DNA of 41,504 nucleotides from Chthoniobacteraceae bacterium (GCA_031409655.1 JANNXQ010000019.1:1-41504); one strand, 5' to 3'; shown: positions 9,970 to 17,916, counted from the first letter of the stretch. Notes: a model not told the origin generated them from the letters alone. Translations and numbers: made by a program.

Positions 9970-10166
9970 GTTGGGCCACTCTGACCTGATATGCTACCAC
10001 TGATAGACTTAGTTTTCACCGATCCTGACACCCCGCCCCTTACGGCACCGGCGGCCGTATCCGACAGGTTCTCGATGGTTTCCTTGGTGAGCTTCAGGCT
10101 CTTAATCTTCACTTTGCCTTTCGGCGTTGGTGCGGCGGCTTCTTCGTGGGTCTTTTTGGATCTCAT
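9966..10166 (-). CDS. lanA: RiPP precursor A7; core VSGSVKTKSISGSISGQSGPT (Cys-free)
   Basis: Same 45-aa leader ending VRGG; ATGA overlap with A8. Confidence 0.85.
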   Translation of the reverse strand: MRSKKTHEEAAAPTPKGKVKIKSLKLTKETIENLSDTAAGAVRGGVSGSVKTKSISGSISGQSGPT

Positions 10167-10230
10167 GATGGGTTCTTTTTTTGAGTTGCGTGTTGGTTTT
10201 TCAGAGCGGGCGGCAGCCGATGCATTCCTT

Positions 10231-10407
10231 TCAGGTGTTTCCAGTTCTTCGTGAACCTAACGAGCCAGACCCTCCGCCCCGGACCGACCCCGCATCCTGA
10301 TCCGACAGGTTCCCGACGGTTTCCTTGCTGAGCTTCAGGCTCTTGATCTTCACCTTGCCTTGAGGAGACGGCTTGGTGGCTTCTTGTTTGGTCGTTTTCG
10401 TTTTCAT
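10231..10407 (-). CDS. lanA: RiPP precursor A6 (58 aa, missing from the ORF track); core GSGSLGSRRTGNT (Cys-free)
   Basis: Manual translation: MKTKTTKQEATKPSPQGKVKIKSLKLSKETVGNLSDQDAGSVRGG-GSGSLGSRRTGNT*. Confidence 0.85.
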   Translation of the reverse strand: MKTKTTKQEATKPSPQGKVKIKSLKLSKETVGNLSDQDAGSVRGGGSGSLGSRRTGNT

Positions 10408-10422
10408 GATGGGTTCTTTGCT

Positions 10423-10599
10423 TCAGCGGGTGGCAGTGCGGGCGGAGCATGTCCACGTGTAACCCCCGCCCTTCACCGTCCCGGCGTTGGCATCAGACAG
10501 GTTCCCGACGGTTTCCTTGGTGAGCTTCAGGCTCTTGATCTTCACCTTGCCTTTCGGCGACGGTGCAGCGGCTTCTTCGTGGGTCTTTTTGTTTTTCAT
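10423..10599 (-). CDS. lanA: Lanthipeptide precursor A5; core GYTWTCSARTATR
   Basis: ATG at 10599; leader MKNKKTHEEAAAPSPKGKVKIKSLKLTKETVGNLSDANAGTVKGG. Confidence 0.88.
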   Translation of the reverse strand: MKNKKTHEEAAAPSPKGKVKIKSLKLTKETVGNLSDANAGTVKGGGYTWTCSARTATR

Positions 10600-10747
10600 G
10601 ATGGGTTCGTTTCTTAGTTTTAGTTCTTTGGTTGGACTGGCGATGCGTGCGGTAGGCCGTGCGTAATCCAGCGACCTTTCGACGCTGCGGAAAAACAGAG
10701 GGCTCTGGGCACACGAGCCTCGGCTCAGGGCTGGCGGCATCAACCTT

Positions 10748-10942
10748 TTAGATTGATCTTGGCGGACAACTACACCCCGAGCCCGCAGCCCTACCCGTCG
10801 CTGCCGCCCCACCCCTGACAGCGTCGGCAGCGGTATCCGACAGGTTCTCGATGGTTTCCTTATGAAGTTTCAGGCTCTTGATCTTCACCTTGCCTTTCGG
10901 CGTCGGCGTGGCGGCTTCTTCGTGGGTCTTTTTGGATCTCAT
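10748..10942 (-). CDS. lanA: Lanthipeptide precursor A4; core AAATGRAAGSGCSCPPRSI
   Basis: Same leader ending VRGG; core has 2 Cys plus Ser/Thr. Confidence 0.88.
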   Translation of the reverse strand: MRSKKTHEEAATPTPKGKVKIKSLKLHKETIENLSDTAADAVRGGAAATGRAAGSGCSCPPRSI

Positions 10943-11006
10943 GATGGGTTCTTTTTCTGAGTTACGTGTTGGTTGGTCTGAGCGGGCGGCACCCGATGGG
11001 TTCCTT

Positions 11007-11192
11007 TCAGGTGTTTCCGGTTTTGATACTGCCGCCTCCGCATCTGTCCGAGTAGCCTCCGCCCTTCACAGCCTTGGCGTCGGCATCAGAGAGATTCCCG
11101 ACGGTCTCCTTGGTGAGCTTCAGGCTCTTGATCTGCACCTTGCCCTTCGGCGTCGGCGTGGCGGCTTCTTCGTGGGTCTTTTTCGTTTTCAT
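11007..11192 (-). CDS. lanA: Lanthipeptide precursor A3; core GYSDRCGGGSIKTGNT
   Basis: ATG at 11192; same leader ending VKGG. Confidence 0.88.
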   Translation of the reverse strand: MKTKKTHEEAATPTPKGKVQIKSLKLTKETVGNLSDADAKAVKGGGYSDRCGGGSIKTGNT

Positions 11193-11211
11193 AGTGGGGT
11201 TCTTGCGGGGG

Positions 11212-11640
11212 TTAGTGGGCGGACAACGGACCAAGGCGGGCGGCGGATTGTTTCCGCTCGATCCGCGAATCCATCCAGAACCGGATCACGGCCTTCAGCC
11301 CGGTGTGGGGCGCGAGCCAGAGTGCGAATCGCTCGCCGTGCCGCAGATACAGCGCATGGAACCAAGCCGGAGAATCTTCCGTCAGCCAGTCGCGGAAGAG
11401 CATCCAACGTGGGTTCTCTTCCCCGTAAACGGCGCGAGCGATCCAGCATGCCACTATGACGGTGCCACCCGCCGCTGAATTGTCCCTCGGACATTTGGTA
11501 GTAATTCCACCTTTCACGAGCCCCGCATCGTGGTCAGAGAGATCCGCGATCGTTTCCTTTTGGAGCTTCAGATTCTTGATCTTCACCTTGCCTTTCGGCG
11601 TCGGCGTGGCGGCTTCTTCGTGGGTCTTTTTGGTTTTCAT
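11212..11640 (-). CDS. lanA: Precursor A2: leader + 19-aa core ITTKCPRDNSAAGGTVIVA + 78-aa CWIARAVYG domain
   Basis: ATG at 11640, 142 aa; the C-terminal domain is 73/78 identical to that of A1. Confidence 0.85.
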   Translation of the reverse strand: MKTKKTHEEAATPTPKGKVKIKNLKLQKETIADLSDHDAGLVKGGITTKCPRDNSAAGGTVIVACWIARAVYGEENPRWMLFRDWLTEDSPAWFHALYLRHGERFALWLAPHTGLKAVIRFWMDSRIERKQSAARLGPLSAH

Positions 11641-11659
11641 GGTGTGATTTGTTTCTTGG

Positions 11660-12088
11660 TCAATGAGCGGACAACGGAGCAAGGCGGGCGGTGGATTGTT
11701 TCCGCTCGATCCGCGAATCCATCCAGAACCGGATCGCGGCCTTCAGCCCGGTGTGCGGCGCGAGCCAGAGCGCGAACCGCTCGCCATGCCGCAGATACAG
11801 CGCATGGAACCAAGCCGGAGAATCTTCCATCAGCCAGTCGCGGAAGAGCATCCACCGCGGGTTCTCTTCCCCGTAAACGGCGCGCGCGACCCAGCATTGC
11901 GCGACAGCGGTTCCTCCTCCTCCGGCATTTCCACCATTATTCCTAGAACCAGCTCCCCCTTTTACACCCCCGGCATCCGAGTCCGACAGGTTCTCGATGG
12001 TTTCCTTGCTGAGTTTCAGATTCTTGATCTTCACCTTGCCCTTCGGCGTCGGCGTGGCGGCTTCTTCGTGGGTTTTTTTGGTCTTCAT
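11660..12088 (-). CDS. lanA: Precursor A1: leader + 19-aa core AGSRNNGGNAGGGGTAVAQ + 78-aa CWVARAVYG domain
   Basis: 142 aa; LKLSKETIENL...VKGG leader followed by core and an aromatic-rich C-terminal domain. Confidence 0.85.
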   Translation of the reverse strand: MKTKKTHEEAATPTPKGKVKIKNLKLSKETIENLSDSDAGGVKGGAGSRNNGGNAGGGGTAVAQCWVARAVYGEENPRWMLFRDWLMEDSPAWFHALYLRHGERFALWLAPHTGLKAAIRFWMDSRIERKQSTARLAPLSAH

Positions 12089-12297
12089 GGGGTGCTGGTT
12101 TCTTCAGTTCCGGGTTTTTTTGGTTTGGTCTGTTTTTTCCCTGTCCGGCCTCCGGTGCTGCCAAACAGGGTGCGGCCTCCGCCGGTGACATCCCGCGTGG
12201 GAATCAGGTCGTCGAGACGAATGACCCGCGTCTTTACGGCCCGCTTCTTCGGCGGATCGGGTTCGTTTTTTGGCGGCTCTTTTTCTCCGGGGCTCAC
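12085..12297 (-). CDS. Small basic protein with an internal double-glycine motif (IRLDDLIPTRDVTGG); possible second precursor type
   Basis: GTG at 12297, 70 aa; its TGA overlaps the ATG of A1 (ATGA coupling). Confidence 0.5.
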   Translation of the reverse strand: MSPGEKEPPKNEPDPPKKRAVKTRVIRLDDLIPTRDVTGGGRTLFGSTGGRTGKKQTKPKKPGTEETSTP

Positions 12298-12310
12298 GAA
12301 CCGATACCTT

Positions 12311-12326
12311 ATCAGGACGCGTGCCG
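12311..12326 (-). promoter_or_regulatory. Candidate sigma54 (-24/-12) promoter for the precursor-AKR-lanC-lanB operon
   Basis: CGGCACG-CGTC-CTGAT versus consensus TGGCACG-N4-TTGCW; the -12 box is imperfect (GA); an activator gene is adjacent. Confidence 0.4.
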
Positions 12327-12364
12327 ACCCGCCGGGATCGCTGCCTCCAGCCCGAGGACACGCC

Positions 12365-12380
12365 GGGACAGAAAATTGCA
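12365..12380 (+). promoter_or_regulatory. Candidate sigma54 promoter for the activator/export arm
   Basis: GGGACAG-AAAA-TTGCA gives GG-N10-GC spacing with a perfect -12 box and an imperfect -24 box. Confidence 0.35.
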
Positions 12381-12610
12381 ACCCGCTGGTGACGAGACGA
12401 TTACGCACGTGGGGAAAGGCCGGAAAAAAGTGCGGACGAGGCAGTGGTGGACTTTCCGCGGGGAAATGGGTGGCTCCGGCGTGGAGCCAGATGGCCCTGT
12501 ATCGATCCGGCCGCGGCCCCATGGTGAGCCCGCGCCGAGGTGGAAACGCTCGCCCTCGCCGGAAGATCGGCCTACAAACGCGTTTCACTCGGAAGTCGGC
12601 TGCCACGCCC

Positions 12611-13612
12611 ATGATTTCGCCCGCGCTTTTCCAACTCAAAGTCGAGGAACTGACCTCGGCCAATGTCGCCATGCAGCGCTGCCTGAAGCTGGCCGCGCTG
12701 GCCGCGCAGAGCGACATCCCGGTGCTCATCCTCGGCCCCACTGGCACGGGCAAGACCCTGCTCGCCCAAGCCATCCATAATTCCTCCGCGCGCGCCGCCG
12801 GGCCGTTCGTCTCCTTCAACGCCTCTGCGATGAGCGACACGCTGCTCGAGAGCGAACTCTTCGGCCACGAGCGCGGGGCCTTCACCGGGGCGCGGCAGAT
12901 GCACAAGGGCCGCTTCGAGATGGCGCACGCCGGCACCCTCTTCCTCGACGAAATCGCGGACATGAGCCCGCTCGCCCAGGCGAAGATCCTCCGGGCTGTG
13001 GAATACGGCGAATTTGAGCGGGTGGGGGGCGAAGGGATGCATCGCTCGGATGCGCGCATCATCTCCGCGACGAATTGCTCGCTGCGCGAACGCATCCGCG
13101 CGCGGAGATTCCGCGAAGACCTCTACCACCGGCTCGATGGCCTGGTGCTGCTCATCCCGCCGCTGCGGGAGCGGGTGGAGGATCTGCCGTCGCTCATCGC
13201 GCTGGAACTCAAGGCCGCCGCCGTGGAAGCCGGGAAACGGATCACTTCCATCCATCCTGCCGCGATGGATCGGCTGCTCGGCTACGAATGGCCCGGCAAT
13301 CTCCGCGAGCTGCATCACACGATGCGGAGCGTGGCGCTTTTCTGCGAAGGCAAGGTGGTCCAGCCTGAGCACGTTGGCTTTCAGCGAGACCTCGCGCCCG
13401 AATCCCCTCCCCGCGCAGAGCCGCTAACGGATGCACCCAGCGCGGACCGTGCGGGAACCGCCGCCGAGGATCAGACGCTGGCCCGCGCCACGAGAGAACA
13501 TGTACAGCGAGTCCACGAATCCACCGGCCGGAATCAGCGCCGGACCGCCCGACTCCTCGGCATTTCCCGAGGGAAGCTCGTCCGCCATCTCGCGCAGATG
13601 GAGGGAAAATAG
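12611..13612 (+). CDS. Sigma54-dependent transcriptional activator (AAA+ and Fis-type HTH, no sensory domain)
   Basis: GPTGTGKT, ESELFGHERGAFTGA, LFLDEI, FREDLYHRL, WPGNLREL, TARLLGISR; ATG at 12611. Confidence 0.92.
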   Translation: MISPALFQLKVEELTSANVAMQRCLKLAALAAQSDIPVLILGPTGTGKTLLAQAIHNSSARAAGPFVSFNASAMSDTLLESELFGHERGAFTGARQMHKGRFEMAHAGTLFLDEIADMSPLAQAKILRAVEYGEFERVGGEGMHRSDARIISATNCSLRERIRARRFREDLYHRLDGLVLLIPPLRERVEDLPSLIALELKAAAVEAGKRITSIHPAAMDRLLGYEWPGNLRELHHTMRSVALFCEGKVVQPEHVGFQRDLAPESPPRAEPLTDAPSADRAGTAAEDQTLARATREHVQRVHESTGRNQRRTARLLGISRGKLVRHLAQMEGK

Positions 13613-13740
13613 GGGCGTGCTGATCGCGGGCGATGCCTCGGGCGGGCTGCTTTCAGACCTTTGCGCAGCAGGGTTTTGTGACGCGGATGATTCCCCGAGA
13701 TGGGGATTCCAAATTTTGGAATTGCGGGTAATCTCAAGAG

Positions 13741-14802
13741 GTGATCCCGCCCCCGGAGCGAAACCGAACTGTCTTCATTGCTGCGGGTCGTGAGATTACG
13801 GTCTGGGATGTCGTCGATGCCGCCGGCTTCCGGGGTGAGTTGGCTGGGGCGTGGAATCAACTGGCGATCCTCCTGGGAGCCGGGGAGCGGGCGGCTGGAC
13901 TGGAAGTGGATGAAGAAGTGGCGCAAGCCACGTCGGAAAAGTTCCGCTCCGAGCGCGGCTTGATCACGGCAGAGGAAACGGAAAGCTGGCTCGATCAGCG
14001 CGGGCTGACCACGGATGATTTCAGCGACTACTTCGTCCGGCACTACTGGGACGAACTCTTCCGCGGGCAGATCACGGCAAGCGGCGGCGACTATCTCTCG
14101 GCTGCGGAGGAACTCCGCGATTTGCTCCGGGTCGAGCTGTGGTTTTCAGGGGAATTTGCGCGGCTGGCGGGGCGGCTGAGCTGGCGCTACGCCGCCCTGG
14201 ATGGCGCCCCCAGCGGGATCACGCCCGAACTGATCGAGGCCGAAGGGGAACGATTCCGGGCGCGTGCCGGCCTCGAGGCGGGAGCGGTCGCGGCCTGGCT
14301 CTACCAGATGGGTCGTGACCAGCGCTGGCTCGAGGAGATGCTCGCGCTCGAGGCCGCGTATCACCGCGAATGCGCAGCGGCGACGAACCTGAAAGAGCAG
14401 GAAAGGATGCTGCGGGAACATCGGATCTCCTGGACGCGGGTGGAGCTGGAGACGGTCGATCTGGATTCCCCGGCGGCCGCTCGCGAGGCGCTGCTCTGCG
14501 CGCGGGAAGACGAGACCTCCTTGCTGGAAATCGCGACCGAGGGGCGCTACCCGCATCGCCGCGCCACTTTGCTGATCGAGGAATTTGCGCCAGAGCGCCA
14601 GCCAGCGCTGCTCTGCGGGGCGCCGGGCGAAGTCCTCGAGCCGTGGGCGCGCGCCGAGGGCTTTCAGCTCTGCCGGATCCTGCGCAAGATCGAGCCGGCG
14701 CTGGCCGATCCCGTGATCCACGAGCGCGTCGAACGGCTGATCCTCGAACGCCATTTTTCCGAGCTGACGACGCAGCACATTCGCTGGTCGTTCGGCCTGT
14801 GA
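13741..14802 (+). CDS. PpiC/SurA-like foldase-type accessory protein of the peptide export system
   Basis: Acidic helical protein (FRSERGLITAEETESWL..., C-terminal GEVLEPWARAEGFQLCRILRKIEP). It lies just upstream of the C39 ABC exporter, a position where PpiC-like proteins are commonly found. Confidence 0.55.
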   Translation: MIPPPERNRTVFIAAGREITVWDVVDAAGFRGELAGAWNQLAILLGAGERAAGLEVDEEVAQATSEKFRSERGLITAEETESWLDQRGLTTDDFSDYFVRHYWDELFRGQITASGGDYLSAAEELRDLLRVELWFSGEFARLAGRLSWRYAALDGAPSGITPELIEAEGERFRARAGLEAGAVAAWLYQMGRDQRWLEEMLALEAAYHRECAAATNLKEQERMLREHRISWTRVELETVDLDSPAAAREALLCAREDETSLLEIATEGRYPHRRATLLIEEFAPERQPALLCGAPGEVLEPWARAEGFQLCRILRKIEPALADPVIHERVERLILERHFSELTTQHIRWSFGL

Positions 14803-14808
14803 CCGCCC

Positions 14809-17800
14809 ATGCCCGAGTCGCTCGATGAACTCCTGCAACGCTCGGCGCTCTTCCGCTCGCTGCCGGTCGAGCACGCGGAAAAGTTGCGCCCGCTGCTCCG
14901 CGAGGAGCACTTCGAGTTTGGCGACGTGATCGTGAAGCAAGGCGACGCGGCGGATGCGCTCTACCTGCTCACCTCGGGCCGGGCGCGCGTGGTGAAGGTG
15001 ACGGAGAGCGGGGAGGAAATCGCCCTGACGACGCTGCGTCCCGGCGACGAGTTTGGCGAGCTGGCGCTGATCTCCGGCGGGACCCGGAATGCCACGGTGC
15101 GCTGCAGCACCGCAGTGGACGCACTCCGGCTCGACGTGAAGGATTTTCTGCCCCTGCTCGCGCTCCATCCCGAACTCCGGCGCTCGATCGAAACGACGGC
15201 GCGGACCCGGACCTTGCACGGGTTCCTCTACGAGTTCAGCAATTTCGGCCGATTGTCCGCACGCGTCCTGCATGCCCTCGTCGAAAAGCTTTCGCCGGTC
15301 GATTTCAAAAAGGGAGACCTCATCCTCCGCGAGGGCGATCCGCCCGGGGCGATGTTCATCGTGCAGACCGGTCGGGTCCGGGTCTTTGCCAGTCCCAATG
15401 GGCGCGCGCTCAACCTCGCCTTCTATCGTGGAGGCGATTTTTTCGGCGAGCTTTCGCTCCTGAATGACACGCCGCGCGCGGCGTCCGCCGAAGCCATGAC
15501 GGACAGCCACTTGCTCGCCTTGCAGCCGGGCGATGTGCGGGAGCTGGAGGAGCGCTTTCCGGAGTTCCGCAGCTTCCTCGAAGAGCGCCGGACGCAATAC
15601 CGGGCGGGCACCGAGGCGCGGGTGCCGCTGGACTTTGCGGAGGAAGCGCTGCCCGCGGAAGCGCGCCCGAACGACAAGGTCGCCATCGACGGCGAGAATG
15701 GCGCGATGCCCGAAAGCGACGAGCCTTTTGCCGATGAACGCGGGCTCTTTCGCAAGCGCCGTGGCCGCATCCGGAAGATCCCGCACATCCGGCAGATCGA
15801 CGAGATGGATTGCGGGGCGGCGGCGCTCGGGATGATCTGCCGGCACTTCGGGCGTGCGGTGAGCCTCGCGCACATCCGGCAGCTCTGTCACACGGCGCGC
15901 GATGGCACGAGCCTCAAGGGCATCTGCCGCGCCGCCAGCGAACTCGGTCTGGCGGCGCGCGCGCTGAAAGTTTCCCCGCGCAATCTGCCGCAGATGCCGC
16001 TCCCGGCAATCATCCACTGGGATGGCAACCACTGGATGGTGCTCTACGATGTCGGCAAAACGGAGGTGCGCGTGAGCGATCCGGCATTTGGCGCGCGGCG
16101 CATCCCGCGGGCCGAATTTGCCGAGAAGTGGACCGGCTACGCGGCGCTCTTCGACTTCACGGAGGAATTCAAAAACGCCCCGGAAGGAGGCTCGACCTTT
16201 AGTTGGCTGGGGCCATTTCTACGCCGGCACGCCGCCACTCTGCGCCAGGCGCTGCTCCTCGCGGGAGTCGTGACTTTCCTCCAACTGCTCTTCCCCATCT
16301 TCACGCAACTGGTGGTGGATAAAGTGGTGATCGGCGATGACCTCGGGCTGCTCACCACGATCCTGATCGCGATGGGGGTCGCGCTCGTCTTCATGCAGGT
16401 GGCCAACCTCGCGCAGCAATATCTGCTGAGCTTTGCCGCGGTGCGCATCGACGCGGCGATCCTCGACTTCCTGACGCGGAAGATGCTGGCGCTGCCGATG
16501 TCCTACTTCAGCACCCGGCGCACGGGCGACATCCAGCGCCGGCTCGATGGCGCGCGGCAGATCCGGCTCTTCGCGGTCCAGCATGGGATCGGCGGCGGGC
16601 TCGCGCTGGTGACGCTCGTCGGCGCAGTGGTCTTGATGGCATTCTACAATCTCGCGCTCGCGGGCACCTTCCTGGCCACCGCGCCGCTCTACGTGGGCAT
16701 GATGTTTTTTTCGGTCAAAGTGCTCCGGCCACTCTTCGCCGACATCGAGGAAAGCCAGGGCAAATACGCTTCACACCAGATCGACGCGATCAAGGGCATC
16801 GAAGCGGTCAAGGCGGCGTCCGCGGAGCTGAATTTTCGCGACGCGATGCTCCACGAATTCCTCGGTGTCTCGCGAAAAATGTTCCGCGCGAATTTCATCA
16901 TCATGTCCTACGACAGCGTGCTCCAGTCCATCGGGTTGCTCTCGACCGCACTCTTCCTGTGGGTCGGGGCCAACAAGGTGATCACCGGGCAGATCACGGT
17001 GGGCGCATTCGTCGCCTTCAGTTCGCTCACTGCCCTGGCCTACGCCGCGATCCTGCGGACGCTCGGCATCTGGGACGAATGGCAGCAGGTGTCCGTCCTG
17101 CTGAACCGGCTCAACGACGTCTTTGAGGCAGAGCCCGAGCAGGGCCGTGACCGCTCGCGCCTCACGCCGGTGCCCTTGCTCGAGGGGCGGATCGAATTGC
17201 GCAAGGTCGGCTTCAAATACGGCGGCCCGGAAGCGCCGGATATTTTGCGCGGGCTCGACCTCGCCTTCGGGCCCGGCCAGACCGTCGCCATCGTGGGTCG
17301 CAGCGGCAGCGGCAAGACCACGCTGATCAAGCTCCTGGCCGGCCTCATCGAACCAACCGCCGGCACCATCCTCGTCGATCATACCGATCTCAAGACGCTC
17401 AACTATCGGGAGGTGCGGCGGCAGATCGGGATGGTCTTGCAGGACAACCACATGTTCAACGAGACCATCCTGCGCAACATCGCCTTTGGAGATCCGGAGC
17501 CGGATTTCGACCGCATCCTCTGGTGCGCCCAAACCGCGAACGCCCACGACTTCATCATGCGCCTGCCGCTGGGTTACGAGTCGCGGATCGGTGAATCGGG
17601 GCTCGGTTTGTCCGGCGGACAAAAGCAACGCATCGCGATCGCCCGCGCCCTTTATCTCGACCCGCCCATCCTGATTTTCGACGAAGCGACCAGCGCCCTC
17701 GACACCGAGTCGGAACGCGCCATCCAGGGAAATCTGGGCCGCATGACCGCAGGCCGGACCTGCATCGTCATCGCCCACCGCCTGAGCACCATTCGCGACG

Positions 17801-17916
17801 CGGACAAGATCGTCGTTTTGGAAAAAGGCGAAATCGCCGAAGTCGGGACGCACGACGAACTCATGGCCCGGCGCGGACTCTACTTCCATCTCTCCAGCCA
17901 GCAGCTCGGCATCTGA
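14809..17916 (+). CDS. lanT: Peptidase-containing ABC transporter: 2x cNMP-binding + C39 peptidase + TMD + NBD
   Basis: FGELALI...RNATV and FGELSLL...RAASA (cNMP); QIDEMDCGAAAL and HWMVLY...DP (C39 Cys/His/Asp); GRSGSGKT, LSGGQKQR, DEATSALD. Confidence 0.93.
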   Translation: MPESLDELLQRSALFRSLPVEHAEKLRPLLREEHFEFGDVIVKQGDAADALYLLTSGRARVVKVTESGEEIALTTLRPGDEFGELALISGGTRNATVRCSTAVDALRLDVKDFLPLLALHPELRRSIETTARTRTLHGFLYEFSNFGRLSARVLHALVEKLSPVDFKKGDLILREGDPPGAMFIVQTGRVRVFASPNGRALNLAFYRGGDFFGELSLLNDTPRAASAEAMTDSHLLALQPGDVRELEERFPEFRSFLEERRTQYRAGTEARVPLDFAEEALPAEARPNDKVAIDGENGAMPESDEPFADERGLFRKRRGRIRKIPHIRQIDEMDCGAAALGMICRHFGRAVSLAHIRQLCHTARDGTSLKGICRAASELGLAARALKVSPRNLPQMPLPAIIHWDGNHWMVLYDVGKTEVRVSDPAFGARRIPRAEFAEKWTGYAALFDFTEEFKNAPEGGSTFSWLGPFLRRHAATLRQALLLAGVVTFLQLLFPIFTQLVVDKVVIGDDLGLLTTILIAMGVALVFMQVANLAQQYLLSFAAVRIDAAILDFLTRKMLALPMSYFSTRRTGDIQRRLDGARQIRLFAVQHGIGGGLALVTLVGAVVLMAFYNLALAGTFLATAPLYVGMMFFSVKVLRPLFADIEESQGKYASHQIDAIKGIEAVKAASAELNFRDAMLHEFLGVSRKMFRANFIIMSYDSVLQSIGLLSTALFLWVGANKVITGQITVGAFVAFSSLTALAYAAILRTLGIWDEWQQVSVLLNRLNDVFEAEPEQGRDRSRLTPVPLLEGRIELRKVGFKYGGPEAPDILRGLDLAFGPGQTVAIVGRSGSGKTTLIKLLAGLIEPTAGTILVDHTDLKTLNYREVRRQIGMVLQDNHMFNETILRNIAFGDPEPDFDRILWCAQTANAHDFIMRLPLGYESRIGESGLGLSGGQKQRIAIARALYLDPPILIFDEATSALDTESERAIQGNLGRMTAGRTCIVIAHRLSTIRDADKIVVLEKGEIAEVGTHDELMARRGLYFHLSSQQLGI

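Noticed and set aside
9755..10000. N-terminal ~80 aa of the 368-aa ORF 8894-10000
   Set aside because: It is an alternative frame of precursors A7/A8 with no AKR-like character, so it is treated as probably untranslated; the start problem is kept as a low-interest finding.
10600..10747. Structured RNA or terminator in the A4-A5 spacer
   Set aside because: Only short imperfect stems (e.g. cagcg...cgctg) are present, with no clear U-tract on the coding strand; not enough support.
9772..12088. Repeated ~135-nt units as a CRISPR array or a DGR template/variable pair
   Set aside because: The repeats are in-frame leader-peptide coding sequences with synonymous variation; no cas gene or reverse transcriptase is in the window.
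11663..12610. 649-aa ORF suggesting a long N-terminal extension of the sigma54 activator
   Set aside because: The extension is antisense to precursor A1 and the small GG ORF and spans the promoter region; recognisable protein starts at ATG 12611.
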